64,000 bases of DNA from an uncultured Planctomycetaceae bacterium (lineage in GTDB: Bacteria > Planctomycetota > Planctomycetia > Planctomycetales > Planctomycetaceae): positions 288,001-352,000 of the forward strand of contig CAWFAK010000008.1 in assembly GCA_963813715.1 (NCBI GenBank). The letters run 5' to 3'. The position numbers were made by a program, and so were the translations under genes. Under the pieces are notes generated by a model. It had not been told where the DNA came from, made no database searches, and worked only from the letters and a program-made list of their open reading frames with translations. Positions within the stretch are counted from its first letter, which is position 1, and the number at the start of each line of letters is the position of its first letter. Below, one piece after another: positions 45,944 through 57,049 of the stretch.

Positions 45944-48480
45944 CTACTGCCCAGGAATATTGATCTGCTCGTGCCCGGCGATCGTCACGAGACGCTCGAG
46001 CAGTTGCGGGTCGACATTCTTGCTGACGAACCGGACGGACCCGTCGGCGAAACCGACCTGCACGCCCTCCGGCTGGCCGCCCAAGCCGTCCGGGCCGTCG
46101 ATATAGGGCTTCTTGGTCAAAGCGCGAATGGTTGGACGTCCTCCGGCGGCCCACGAGCCGAAGTCCTTGTTGCATTCGCTCGTCATGATTGTGTTGGACG
46201 TGCCGTCGACGATGTCTTCAATCCGCGTGACGCGGTTGTAAGCAAAAACGCCCGCTTTGGGGCTGGTGACCGGAAGCATCGGACCATCTTCACCGACTCC
46301 GGCCAGACCGACATACTCCGTCACCGGTAGCCCGCCGGCATTCTGCTCGCCGATCATAGGATTGATGAACACGACGAGCGGCGTCGAGACGGCCGCGTGG
46401 TTCGCGGCATCGTCCCACGACTTTTTGAAGTCGATCCGATCGTAGAGCGGCTTTTGTTCGAGATAAGGCAGAATTTCGGTCTGCCAACTCAGCCGCTTGT
46501 CGGGCTTGAGGTCGGCAACGCGATAGGTGGCCGCCGGAAAACTACCCTCTGTGGCATGGTAGTTATGCAGTGCCAGTCCGATTTGTTTGAGATTGTTCTT
46601 CGATTGAGTTCGTCGGGCAGCCGCCCGCGCGGCCTGGACGGCGGGCAGCAACAGCGCGACCATCACGGGCGTGGCAACGAAAGCGCCCGTCGACAGGCCC
46701 GGAGCCGATTCGCGCGACCGCATCCGCACACCCTTTCCGTCGACGGTGACGACGGCGACGTTGGGGAACATGGGCCGCGTCACAACCTCAGCCGGCGGAA
46801 TATCTGACAGGAGGGCCATCCGCGCCCGGCGCGCTTGGAATTCGTCGGACCGCTGCGGTCGACGGTCTGATTGAGGAACCCGCCCACCATGGGCAAGTAC
46901 GTTACGATCGTCGTGTAGAGAGGCCGCGGATCGCTCAGCGAGAGCGCGACAAATTCCTTGGGCGCGGTGTCGAGCGCGGCCTGGTCGGCGGGCGACGGTT
47001 TCCAGCGATCGAGCTTGCCGTCGAGCCGCAGCAGTGCCGACTCGACCGACTGCGGCGACAGGCCCACGATGAGCCAGTGCTGATCCAACACGACGGCTGG
47101 GTGCACGGGCAGGCCTCCCAGATCGAAGATCCACGCGGGCCGGCCCGAACGCTCTTCCTCCGCGGTGGTGAAGCCGTTGGGAAAAACGGCCTGGAGTTTC
47201 TCGAAGCCGGTTTTGAGGGTCTTTTTCAGCACGTCCGGTTTTTCGACCGAGAGGGCGATGCTGAAACCGAGTCCGCCCGGAATACCGGCCGCTGCGTCGC
47301 TGTAAACGCAGACAACGTGTCCGAGCGCGTCGACCAAATCGGTCTTGGGATCGAAGCCAAGCACGGCCGGCGCTTGTTTCATCACACCGTCGACCTTGTC
47401 CGCCCCGCCGTTGCTCACGGCATCCGCGAACTTTCGCACGGTGCCCAAAATGGTGTCGTAGGCTTTGCTCCAGTTGAAACTGGCGATGACGAAGCCCGTG
47501 TTGTCATGCGGCAGCGGAGGCAAGTCGGCCAGCGAGATCGGCGCCTGGTCGGCAAGCGCCAACACGCCGCTGCGCGGGGCCGGAGCATCCAGCGTGAATT
47601 CGGAGACCAGCGCGCGATCCTTCAAACCGGTGCGCATGGCGAGCAGGCCCAACTGGCCGCCCCCCAGCACGTCGATCAACTGCCCGACGGTGAACTTTGG
47701 CTGGTTGCTGTTTTTCTCCTGAATCGTGACGTCGCCGTAGCTCTTTCGCAGCGCGGCCACGTCGCACCAGCCGGCGGCAATCGCCTGAAAATCGGTCGGC
47801 TCAACGCGGAACTTGCGCCAATTCGCCGTTTGCGTGATCGGCGGCGCCTTGCCGTCGGCGACGTCGAGTTCTGCGTCGACGGCCGGCTCGCCGAACGCGA
47901 TCACCAGATGTCCGCCTTCCGCCCACCAGGCGAGCTCGGCACCGGGCGTGGAGACAACGCCCCCATCGGCGAATCGCGAGTTTTGGAACGTGCCGTGGTT
48001 GACGCGTCGCCCGCGAATCGTCGTGACTTCGAACTGAGCCCCCTTGAACAGCTGTGGCAGTGCTGCATCAAACGCCGGCTGCAAGTCGGCCGCCTGGTGC
48101 AAGACCACGACGACCCGAGGCGTCAGTTTCCCTTTCGGAACGGAAAGGCTGAGCGAAATGCCGCGCCGCGCGATCCCACTGAGCAACTGCCGCACGGCCG
48201 ACTCCGGCACGGGCGAATCGGCCGGAATGTACGAGAGGGCGAAGTCGACGATCGTCTTCAGCAGTTTCGTCTTGTCGAGCGACTCATAACAGGCCGTCTT
48301 TTCCCAGTCAGCCTTGTGCTTCTCCGTCCCGTCCCAGCCGAAGTAAACAACCGAATCCGCCGGCATCAACGACTCCGGCGTTTGCTCTTCGCTGGCGAGC
48401 GAGAAGGCCACAGCCGACGCGATCCCGGCGCCCAGGATCAAAACAGCCGCGAAAATGAAATTCGACGCCGCATGCGACAC
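45944..48480 (-). CDS. DUF1559-domain protein with a large N-terminal domain (frameshift near 46830)
   Basis: VALLLPAVQAARAAARRTQSKNNLKQIGLALHNYH, LSWQTEILPYLEQ, DGTSNTI, FADGSVRF. Confidence 0.85.
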
Positions 48481-48578
48481 CTGTGCGCTTAGAGGAGACG
48501 GCCCGGATTCAGCGCCGAGATTCGGCGCTCGAACGCAGTCAGGCTAACTCGCAACTGCGTCGCAAGCAATACGCGCGC

Positions 48579-51500
48579 TTACGGATACTTGAACGACTTA
48601 TCCGGATAGGCAGGCGGGGCTGGCACGGGGCGGGGGTCTTTGGCGATCGCGGTTTCGAGGTGCTTGATGGCTGCGTCGAGCTGGGCGTCGCCGCCGTTGA
48701 AGGTGGCGTGGGGCAGGTTGTCGACGACGATGTCTGGCTCGGCGCCGTGCCCTTCGATCAGCCATTTTCGTTCGGGGCCGTACACGCCGTCTTCGGCCGC
48801 CGTGGCCACGCCGCCGTCAGAGAGCGTGTTCTGGGCGCTCAGCCAAATCTCTCCGCCCCAGGTTCGCGTGCCGATGACTTTGCCCAAGCCGAGCCGGCGG
48901 AAGCCTTCCGTGAACGCTTCGCCGTCGGAGGCCGTGTTCTCGTCGCACAAAACGACAATGTGTCCGCGGAACGCGTACTGCATGTTCCAGGTCGGGACGC
49001 TGGTGCGGTCCTTCCAAAAGAACCAGGCTTTGCGCATCAGCTTTTCGAGAATGATGCTGTCGATGTTGCCGCCCCGGTTGTGGCGGACGTCGACGATCAG
49101 GCCCTGACGGTTAAAGACGGGGTAGTAGCTGCGGTACCACTCCGACAGGTCGTTGTTCCCCATCGCGGCAGGTGAACGTAGCCGATCTTGCCGTGTCCGG
49201 CCATTTCGACGCGTTGGCGGCTGCGATAGGTCCAGTCGCGATAGCGGAGGTCGGCTTCGTCGGTCACCGGCTTCACGATCACATCGCGAGACGTTTTTGC
49301 TCCTGCCGCACGGATCCGCAGCAGCACCTGCCGCCCCTGCTGGTCGCGCAACATCAGCTGCGGATCGGGCTGAGAGAGGACCGGTTCGCCGTTGATGGCT
49401 TCGATGATGTCGCCGGCGTGGATGTCCAGGTCGGGGTCGGCGAGGGGCGACAGACTGCCGGGGAGATCGGGATCGGACTGATAGATGTAGTCGATGCGGT
49501 AGCCGCCTTTGTTCTCTTCGCGCTCGAGCCGCGCACCGAGCGTGGGGACGGTGATTTGATCGGGACCTTTGCGAACGTCGCCGCCAAAGACGGCCGAGTG
49601 CAGCACCGACAGCTCGCCGACCATCTGCGCCAGGAGATCATTCAGGTCGCTGCGAGAGCTGACCCGCTTCACCAATGGCTCGTATTTTGCGCGGATGGCG
49701 ACCCAGTTCACGCCGTGCATGTTGCGGTCGTAGAAGTAGTCGCGGTGCAGCCGCCAGGCATCGACGAACATCTGATGCAAGTCTTCGCGGACGTTGATCG
49801 AATAGTGCCAGGCCCCCAAGTCGACGCGGCTCTCGGCCAGCTTGGCGGGCGGGTTGGGGGTGGCGTCGAAGATGAAGAACTCGTCGTCTTTCCGCGCGAG
49901 GATCTTCTGCCCATTGGCAGACAGCTCGAAGGAACGAACATCGGGCAGAATTCGTTCCGGCTTTTTGCCTTCGTTGCCGATCTCCAGGGCCATCAGGTGC
50001 GTCTTGCCGCCGCTGCCCGATTCGTGTTCCAACCAGAAGAGGGCTTTGCGGTTGACGGCCAGGCCCTGCAGGTTGCCGCGGGGAACGGGCACGGTTTTGA
50101 TACGGCGCTCGATGCCGTCGCGATCGATGCGAACCGGCTTCGGTGCGATTCGCTTCGGTCCCTCTTTTTTCTTCGTCTCCGTCTTTTCCTTGGTCTTATC
50201 CTCGCTCTTGTCCTTTTTCGGCGTCTCTTTGGAGGACGGGTCTTTCGATACGGTGTCTTTTGCGGGTGCGTCGCTCGCCTTCGTGTCGCTGTCTTTCGGC
50301 TTGTCCGCGTCTTTGGATTCTTCGTCGCTAGCCGCCTCGGCCCTGGCCATTATCGGGATGACGGGCACAACCGGGTGCAGCTCGTCGGCCGGCTGGAAAG
50401 GCGAGCGAATGCCCTTTCGCAGCGCGAGTCGGAAAATCTCCATCTGCTTGTCGAAATACGGCTCGGGCTGCCGCGGGCCCCACACGCCGGTCAGCGAGTG
50501 AATGGCCCGATCGGAAAGGAAGTAAATCCACTGACCATCCGGACTCCACGCCGGGTTTAGGCTGTTGTAGCGGTCGCTGGTCAGCTCGGTCGTCGTGCCC
50601 GTTTCCAGCTCGTACAGATGCAGTTGCAGGAACGTATTGAGGGACGCTTCGGCAAACACGACAAAGCGACTGTCGGGCGACCAGACGACGTCGCGAACGC
50701 CTTCGCGGTTGGTCGAGATCTTCTTGCCCGTCCCCTTGGCAATGTCGACGATCCACAGGTCGTTGTTTTTGTCGGCGTACGCGAAGTGCTTGTTGTCGGG
50801 CGACGGGTGGCCTTCCCAGGCGCAGAATCTTGCCGTCATGCGTGATCGCCTTGTCGTCGCCGAAACCCCGCGGCGGGAGCAAATGGAATTCGAGCTCGCC
50901 CGTTTCATCGGTGAGCGCCAGCAGGTGTTTGCCGTCTGGCATGAAGCGGGCTTCGCGGTAACGGACGCCCGGCTTGTGGGAGACCCGCACGAAGCGGCCC
51001 CCCTTGGCGGGTGCCACGAAGACGCCGCCCCGCGCCGTGAAGACGACGCTTTCCCCCTTCGGATGGACGTGGGCGGCCGACAGATGTTCGATCGGCCGCT
51101 CGACCCACTTCTCGCGGAGTTGATCGAAGTCGGAAGCCAGGGTGATCGGCACCACGCGGTCGACTCCGCTCGCGATGTCGTAGAGCCGGATGTCGGCTCC
51201 CAACTGGTAGACGATTCGTCCCTGCTGCAAGTCGGGCGACTGAACGTCCCAGCCGCTGTGTTTGGTGTGCTGTTTCAGGTCGCCGCCGGTGTCTTTCATC
51301 GACCAGATATTGAGCGTGCCGTCCCGATCGGCGACGAAATAGACGCGGCCGTGCTCCCACATCGGCGCGAAACTCTCGCCGACGTAATCGGCAGTGAGAT
51401 TCGTGGCCTCGGCGTCCTTCGGGGCGAATCGCCAGATTTTGCGGGCCGTGCCGCCGTGGTAGCGTTTGACGGCCTGGCGATGGAACGGCGGACGCACGAA

Positions 51501-52028
51501 GTAAATCGTGCCGTTGGGATCGATGGACGCCTCGCCCGACTGGCTGAGGGGAATTCGCGTGTGCCGTCCGTTGGCCAGATCGATCTCGACCAGCTGGAGG
51601 TTGGGCAGCGTCGAATAGTGCTGGGTGTTGTAGAGCAGGTGTCCGCCCGGCGTCCAACCGACGGGGATGGAAGTGTCGGCGGAGAACGTGCGCCGCGTTG
51701 GCGAGCCGCCTTCGAGGGGCATCGTGTAGAGCTCGGTCGGCCCCTCGTAGGACGCGGCGAACGCGAGCAACTGCCCATCGGGAGAAATCCGCGGGTGCGT
51801 TTCCTCACCCGGATGCGAAGTCAGCCGCCGGGCCACGCCTCCTTTAATACCGACGGTCCAGACGTCCCCCTCGGCCACGAAGGCGATCGTGTCGCCGTGA
51901 ATCGCGGGATATCTGTAATAGCCCTGCGGTGCCGGGGCATCCGCGGCCAACGCGACGGACCCAAAGACGAAAGCAAGTAGCGAACCGGCAATCGCACTGG
52001 GGAGCGTGCACTTCATGGGTGAATTCAT
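48579..52028 (-). CDS. Tricorn-like S41 protease (frameshifts near 50820 and 49165)
   Basis: Signal peptide, PD40/propeller repeats (YRYPAIHGD, AEGDVW), RDYFYD, GELSVLH, PDZ, DVRHNRGG, ASDGE, GTRTWGGEIW. Confidence 0.92.
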
Positions 52029-52090
52029 CCGTGGTGAAATCGTTGCGGGGATCAGAATCTGGCGGGGCTCTGGGTTCGGAGCGCGATTGA

Positions 52091-52178
52091 TAGGGCAGGC
52101 TGTGCCTGCCGCGATTCCTCAACAGCGGAATGTGATCCCGCTGTTAGCGTCAGGCTGCGGCCGGCACAGTCTGCCCTA
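52091..52178. repeat. REP-like nested inverted repeat
   Basis: tagggcaggctgtgcctgccgc / gcggccggcacagtctgcccta (2 mismatches) around an inner hairpin aacagcgg...ccgctgtt. Confidence 0.75.
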
Positions 52179-52390
52179 GTATCTCTGCGCAATATCTTTC
52201 TTTCACTCTAAAGCAACCGAGGGGCAAATTCCGAGCGATTTTGGCCTCGGCGTAACAAATGGGGGGCCGGCCTCGAGACGATTGGGGACGATCCCGGCAA
52301 ACCGTTGGGGCGAGCCTTGTTCACCGTTGGCGACGGACCTAGAATCGGAACGCCAAACGATTTCAGCGGTTACGAGCACTCACGGGGCCC

Positions 52391-53368
52391 ATGGCACGGC
52401 GATACGTCAATCAATTAGGCGACGGCGACTCGGTTGAAGAGGTCTTCCTGCTGGCGGACAAACAGCTCCGCGCCAACCGCAACGCAAGCCTCTATCTGCT
52501 TGCCACGCTGCGCGACCGTACAGGCATGATCAACGGCCTGATGTGGAACATGACGGAGGGCTCGGCCTCCTCGTTCAACGCGGGCGACTTTGTGAAGGTC
52601 AAGGGCAAGGTCCAGCTCTACCAGGGGGCGCTGCAAATCATCCTCACGCACATTCAGGCGATTCCCACCAACGGCATCGACCCGTGCGACTTCCACGCCA
52701 CGACGAGCAAGAACGTCGACGTGATGCTGGCGCGGCTCCGCGAGATTCTGCTCTCGATCAGCGAGCCCAATCTCAAGCGGCTGATGGAGCGGTTCCTCGC
52801 CGACCCGGACCTCATGCACGACTTTGCGCTGGCGCCGGCCGGCATCAAGGCGCATCACGCGTATCACGGCGGACTGCTCGAGCACGTACTTAATATCTTG
52901 GAGACGGCTCATCGCATCGAGGACCTGTATCCGAAGGTCGACTTCAACCTGCTCCGCGCCGGCATCTTCTTGCACGATCTCGGCAAGATCCGCGAGATGA
53001 GCTACGCCACGGCCTTCGCCTACACAGACGAGGGGCAACTCCTGGGGCACCTGGCCATCGCGCTCGAGATGCTCGATGCGAAAATTGCGGAGGTCGTGAA
53101 GCTGACCGGCGAACCGTTCCCGATCGAATTGGCCCTCCGCCTCAAGCACATGATCCTGAGTCACCACGGCACGTACGAGTTCGGCAGCCCGAAATTGCCG
53201 ATGACTCCCGAGGCGATCGCCCTGCATCACCTCGACAATCTCGACGCCAAAGTCCACGAGTTTGCCCGCTCGATCCAGGACGATCCCAACGCGGGCTCCA
53301 ACTGGACTCCCTATTCGCCGCGGCTCGATCGCAAGCTGTATAAAGGCGTTTCCGCTGGAAGCTCCTGA
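52391..53368 (+). CDS. yhaM: YhaM-like 3'-5' exoribonuclease (OB-fold plus HD)
   Basis: LRDRTG OB fold; [36 protein letters not shown]. Confidence 0.88.
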   Translation: MARRYVNQLGDGDSVEEVFLLADKQLRANRNASLYLLATLRDRTGMINGLMWNMTEGSASSFNAGDFVKVKGKVQLYQGALQIILTHIQAIPTNGIDPCDFHATTSKNVDVMLARLREILLSISEPNLKRLMERFLADPDLMHDFALAPAGIKAHHAYHGGLLEHVLNILETAHRIEDLYPKVDFNLLRAGIFLHDLGKIREMSYATAFAYTDEGQLLGHLAIALEMLDAKIAEVVKLTGEPFPIELALRLKHMILSHHGTYEFGSPKLPMTPEAIALHHLDNLDAKVHEFARSIQDDPNAGSNWTPYSPRLDRKLYKGVSAGSS

Positions 53369-53416
53369 GAAATCCGCCGCGTCCGAACGCCTCCGTTCGC
53401 GATAGCGAACCCTCTC

Positions 53417-55737
53417 ATGTCCGATCTCGAGCGCCGAATTCTCGACGTGCTCAGCGAGCCGGGTGTCAAGCCGTTGCGGGCCGCGGCGCTCGCCAAGCGG
53501 CTGAACCTCACCAAGAAGCAACTGCCCGAATTTCGCGAGGCTTTGCAGCAACTGCTCGCTTCGCGGCGGGTGAAAGAGGGGAAGAAGGGCCGGCTGCGCC
53601 CGCGGCACTCGGCCGGGCTCGTCGAGGGGATCGTCAAACGGATCAGCAGCGGGGCCGGTTACCTCCGCCCGCATCAGCCGGTCGCGGAGGGGCGCCCGGG
53701 CGAAATCTATATCTCCCCGGCCGACATGAGCGACGCGCACACCGGGGACGAAGTGCTCGTGCGGCTGACCAGCGGCCGCCATCGATCGGGACAGCGCTGC
53801 GGCGTCGTCGAGCAGGTGCTGGTGCGGGCCTCGGGCCATTTTGTCGGCACCTATCTCGAACGCAACGGCCAAGGCTACGTCGAGGTCGACGGCAACACGT
53901 TCCGCGAACTGATCCTGGTGGGCGATCCCGGGGCCAAGGGCGCGCAGCCCAACGACAAAGTCGTGATCGAGATGCTGCGGTTCCCCTCGCATTCCGAGCG
54001 GGGCGAAGGGGTGCTGACGCAGATTCTCGGTCCGCGCAGCGCGCCGGGCGTCGACACGCTTTCCGTCATCCATGAGTTCGGTCTGCGGGACACATTTTCC
54101 GATGAAGTGCTCGACGAGGCCCGCGAACAGGCCGAGCATTTCGACGAGCGGCAACTCACGGGGCGCCTCGATCTCACCGGCGAAACGATCGTTACCATCG
54201 ACCCTGTCGACGCCCGCGATTTCGATGACGCCATTTCGCTCACCCGCACGAGCAACGACGGCTGGCGGCTCGGCGTGCACATTGCGGACGTCTCGCATTT
54301 CGTCCCTCCGAAGAGCGCGCTCGACGAAGAAGCCCGCATCCGCGGCACCAGCGTCTACCTTCCCGACCGCGTGATTCCCATGCTGCCCGAGGTCATCTCC
54401 AACGGCCTGGCGAGCCTGCAGCAGGGCAAGGTGCGGTACACGCAATCGGTCTTCATCGAGTTCGACGCCGAAGGCATGCCGCTCGACGTCGAGTTTGCCC
54501 GCTCGGCGATTCGCGTGGCTTCGCGGTTCGCGTACGAGGAAGTGCTGCCGCTGATCGAAGCGGCTCCCGGCGGCGAAGGCCGCGACGGTTCCCAAGCCGG
54601 TGCGCGAGCTGCTCGACGCGAATGCACGACCTGGCGATGTTGCTGCGGGCCCGGCGTTTGGCGAACGGGGCACTCGATCTGTCGCTTCGCGAAGTGAAGC
54701 TTCAGCTCGACGAAAACGGCGCCGTGACGGGGGCCCGGGAAGTTCCGCACGATGAAAGCCACCAGATCATCGAAGAGTTCATGCTCGCGGCAAACATCGC
54801 CGTCGCGGAGGCGCTCGACCACCGGGGAATTGCCTTCATCCGCCGCGGCCACGGCGAACCCGATTCGGCCAAGCTGCGGGCGCTGGCCCAGTTCGCGAAG
54901 ATTCTGGGCTATCCACTCAAGCGGTGCGAGAGCCGTCGCGACCTGCAGGGGTTATTGAATCGCGTCGCCGGCCGGCCGCACGAGCGGGCCATCAACTTCG
55001 CTCTGCTACGGAGCCTCAAGCAGGCCGAGTACACGGTGGCCGACGTCGGCCACTACGCGCTCGGCGTCGACAACTATTGCCACTTCACGAGCCCGATCCG
55101 CCGCTATCCCGATCTGACTGTGCATCGCACCGTGGCCGAGGTGCTGTTCGACCATAAGAGCCGTCGCGGCGGCGATGTGGTCGCGCTCGCCAAGACGGCG
55201 CGGCAATGCTCCGTCCAGGAGCGCAAGGCAGAGCAGGCCGAGCGCGAGCTGATCAAGGTCAAGCTGCTGACGTTCCTGGTGGACAAGGTCGGGCTGGAGA
55301 TGGACGCCACGATTACCGGCGTCGAGCGTTTTGGATTCTTTTGCCAGGGCGTCGAGCTCCCCGTCGACGGTCTCGTGCACATCACGGCCCTCGATCGCGG
55401 CGACTTTTACGAGTTCGACGAGGCGACCTTCAGTCTCATCGCGCGGCGGTCGGGCCGGCAGTATCGGCTGGGGGACACTCTGTCGGTGAAGGTGGCGCAC
55501 GTCGACGTCGATCGCCGCCAGCTCGATTTTGCGATCGTCCCGGAGCACGCCCGCTCGAAGCAAAAAAAACGAACCGACGAACGCGATCCCACGCCGAAAG
55601 CGCGGCACCCGCGTCTCAAAGAGGCCCAGCGCAGCCGCACGCCGGAAGAGTCGAACGCCATCCGGGCCCGCCGCCGCGAAAAGAAACGCAGCCGAGCGGA
55701 ACGCCGGGGACAAAACGGGCGTCGGCCGGGCCGTTAG
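53417..55737 (+). CDS. rnr: Ribonuclease R (frameshift near 54590)
   Basis: TIDPVDARDFDDAIS, VHIADVSHFV, RGTSVY, IEEFMLAAN, HFTSPIRRYPDL, S1 domain, basic tail. Confidence 0.93.
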
Positions 55738-55795
55738 CACATGCGGCGGAACTCGGATTGGAATGGTCAGTTATTGTCTGCACGTAATTCCTAGC

Positions 55796-55811
55796 AGGCA
55801 GAGAAGTTGCA
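55796..55811 (+). promoter_or_regulatory. Candidate sigma-54 promoter for the hydrogenase locus
   Basis: AGGCAGAGAAGTTGCA: GG-N10-GC with a consensus TTGCA. Confidence 0.45.
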
Positions 55812-55968
55812 TTCCGGCAGCGATTCGTTTACAACGCTCCCAAGCCGGGGTCGAATGCTGAGTTCTTGGCGAACTTCCCATTAGCGCATTCGACTCCCTT
55901 CAGTTTGAGACCGCAGGATGAGCGGTTTCGTTTTGATCGCCGCGAGTTGGTAGTTCTAGGGAGGGACT

Positions 55969-57024
55969 ATGCAACACCGACCGGAAGTGCCGGCTGTTGA
56001 GATCCTCTGGATCACGGCCGGACTTGGGTGCGATGGCGATTCCATATCGTTCACGGCCGCCACGCAGCCGACCATCGAAGATCTCTTGCGCGGCGCGATC
56101 CCCGGTCTGCCCGAAGTGACCCTCCGCCACCCGGTGCTGGCGTTTCAGACGGGCGAGGAGTTTTTGCAGCCCTTCCATCAGGCGGCGATGGGCAAGCTCG
56201 GCAAGCCCTTCGTGCTAGTGGTGGAAGGGTCGATTCCGAACGAAAACAACAAAGAGGCCGGCTATTGGGCCGCCTTGGGGACCGATCCGGCAACCGGTCA
56301 GCCAATCACAACCTGTGAGTGGATCGATCGCCTTGTTCCGCACGCCTGGGCGGTCGTCGCCTGCGGCACGTGTGCGACTTACGGCGGCATCCACGCGATG
56401 CAGGGAAATCCGACTGGCTGTATGGGCCTGGCCGACTATCTGGGATGGGATTGGCGGTCGTCGGCGGACATTCCGCTCGTCTGCGTTCCCGGGTGCCCGG
56501 TGCAGCCCGACAACTTTATGGAGGTCGTTGTCTATTTGCTGAACCAGGCGGCGGGCAAATATCCGATGATCCCCCTCGATCCGCAGCTGCGGCCGACGTG
56601 GCTCTTCGGCAACACAGTGCACGAAGGGTGCGATCGCGGCGGCTACTACGAGCAGGCTGACTTCGCCGGACATCACGAAGCCGGCTCGCCCAAGTGCATC
56701 GTCAAGCTGGGCTGCTGGGGTCCGGTCGTGCAATGCAACGTGGGCAAGCGCGGCTGGATGAACGGCATCGGCGGCTGCCCGAACGTCGGCGGAGTGTGCA
56801 TTGGCTGCACGATGCCCGGCTTCCCCGACAAGTTCATGCCGTTCCTGGAAGAGCCTCCCGGCGCACAGCTCTCGACGACGGCCGTCGTGATGTATGGAAA
56901 GACCGTCCGCGCGTTGCGGAGTTTCACGCGGGCCTCGCTCAACCGCGAGCCCGAGTGGCGGCAGACGAAGAACGGATCGACTTCACATCCGCTCGAGACC
57001 GAGACACAGCTCTCGGGTCGCTGA
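55969..57024 (+). CDS. hhyS: Group 1h [NiFe]-hydrogenase small subunit
   Basis: ILWITAGLGCDGDS (CxxD proximal ligation), TAATQP, CGTCATYGGI, PGCP, HEGCDR, CIVKLGCWGP, GGCPNVGGVCIGC; no Tat signal. Confidence 0.93.
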   Translation: MQHRPEVPAVEILWITAGLGCDGDSISFTAATQPTIEDLLRGAIPGLPEVTLRHPVLAFQTGEEFLQPFHQAAMGKLGKPFVLVVEGSIPNENNKEAGYWAALGTDPATGQPITTCEWIDRLVPHAWAVVACGTCATYGGIHAMQGNPTGCMGLADYLGWDWRSSADIPLVCVPGCPVQPDNFMEVVVYLLNQAAGKYPMIPLDPQLRPTWLFGNTVHEGCDRGGYYEQADFAGHHEAGSPKCIVKLGCWGPVVQCNVGKRGWMNGIGGCPNVGGVCIGCTMPGFPDKFMPFLEEPPGAQLSTTAVVMYGKTVRALRSFTRASLNREPEWRQTKNGSTSHPLETETQLSGR

Positions 57025-57049
57025 CGGATCTAGTCGGGGGGAATCGCAC

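Noticed and set aside
52415..54673. 752-aa minus-strand ORF, and similar ones at 5617-7482 and 10006-12327
   Set aside because: Antisense to clearly identified genes in high-GC DNA.
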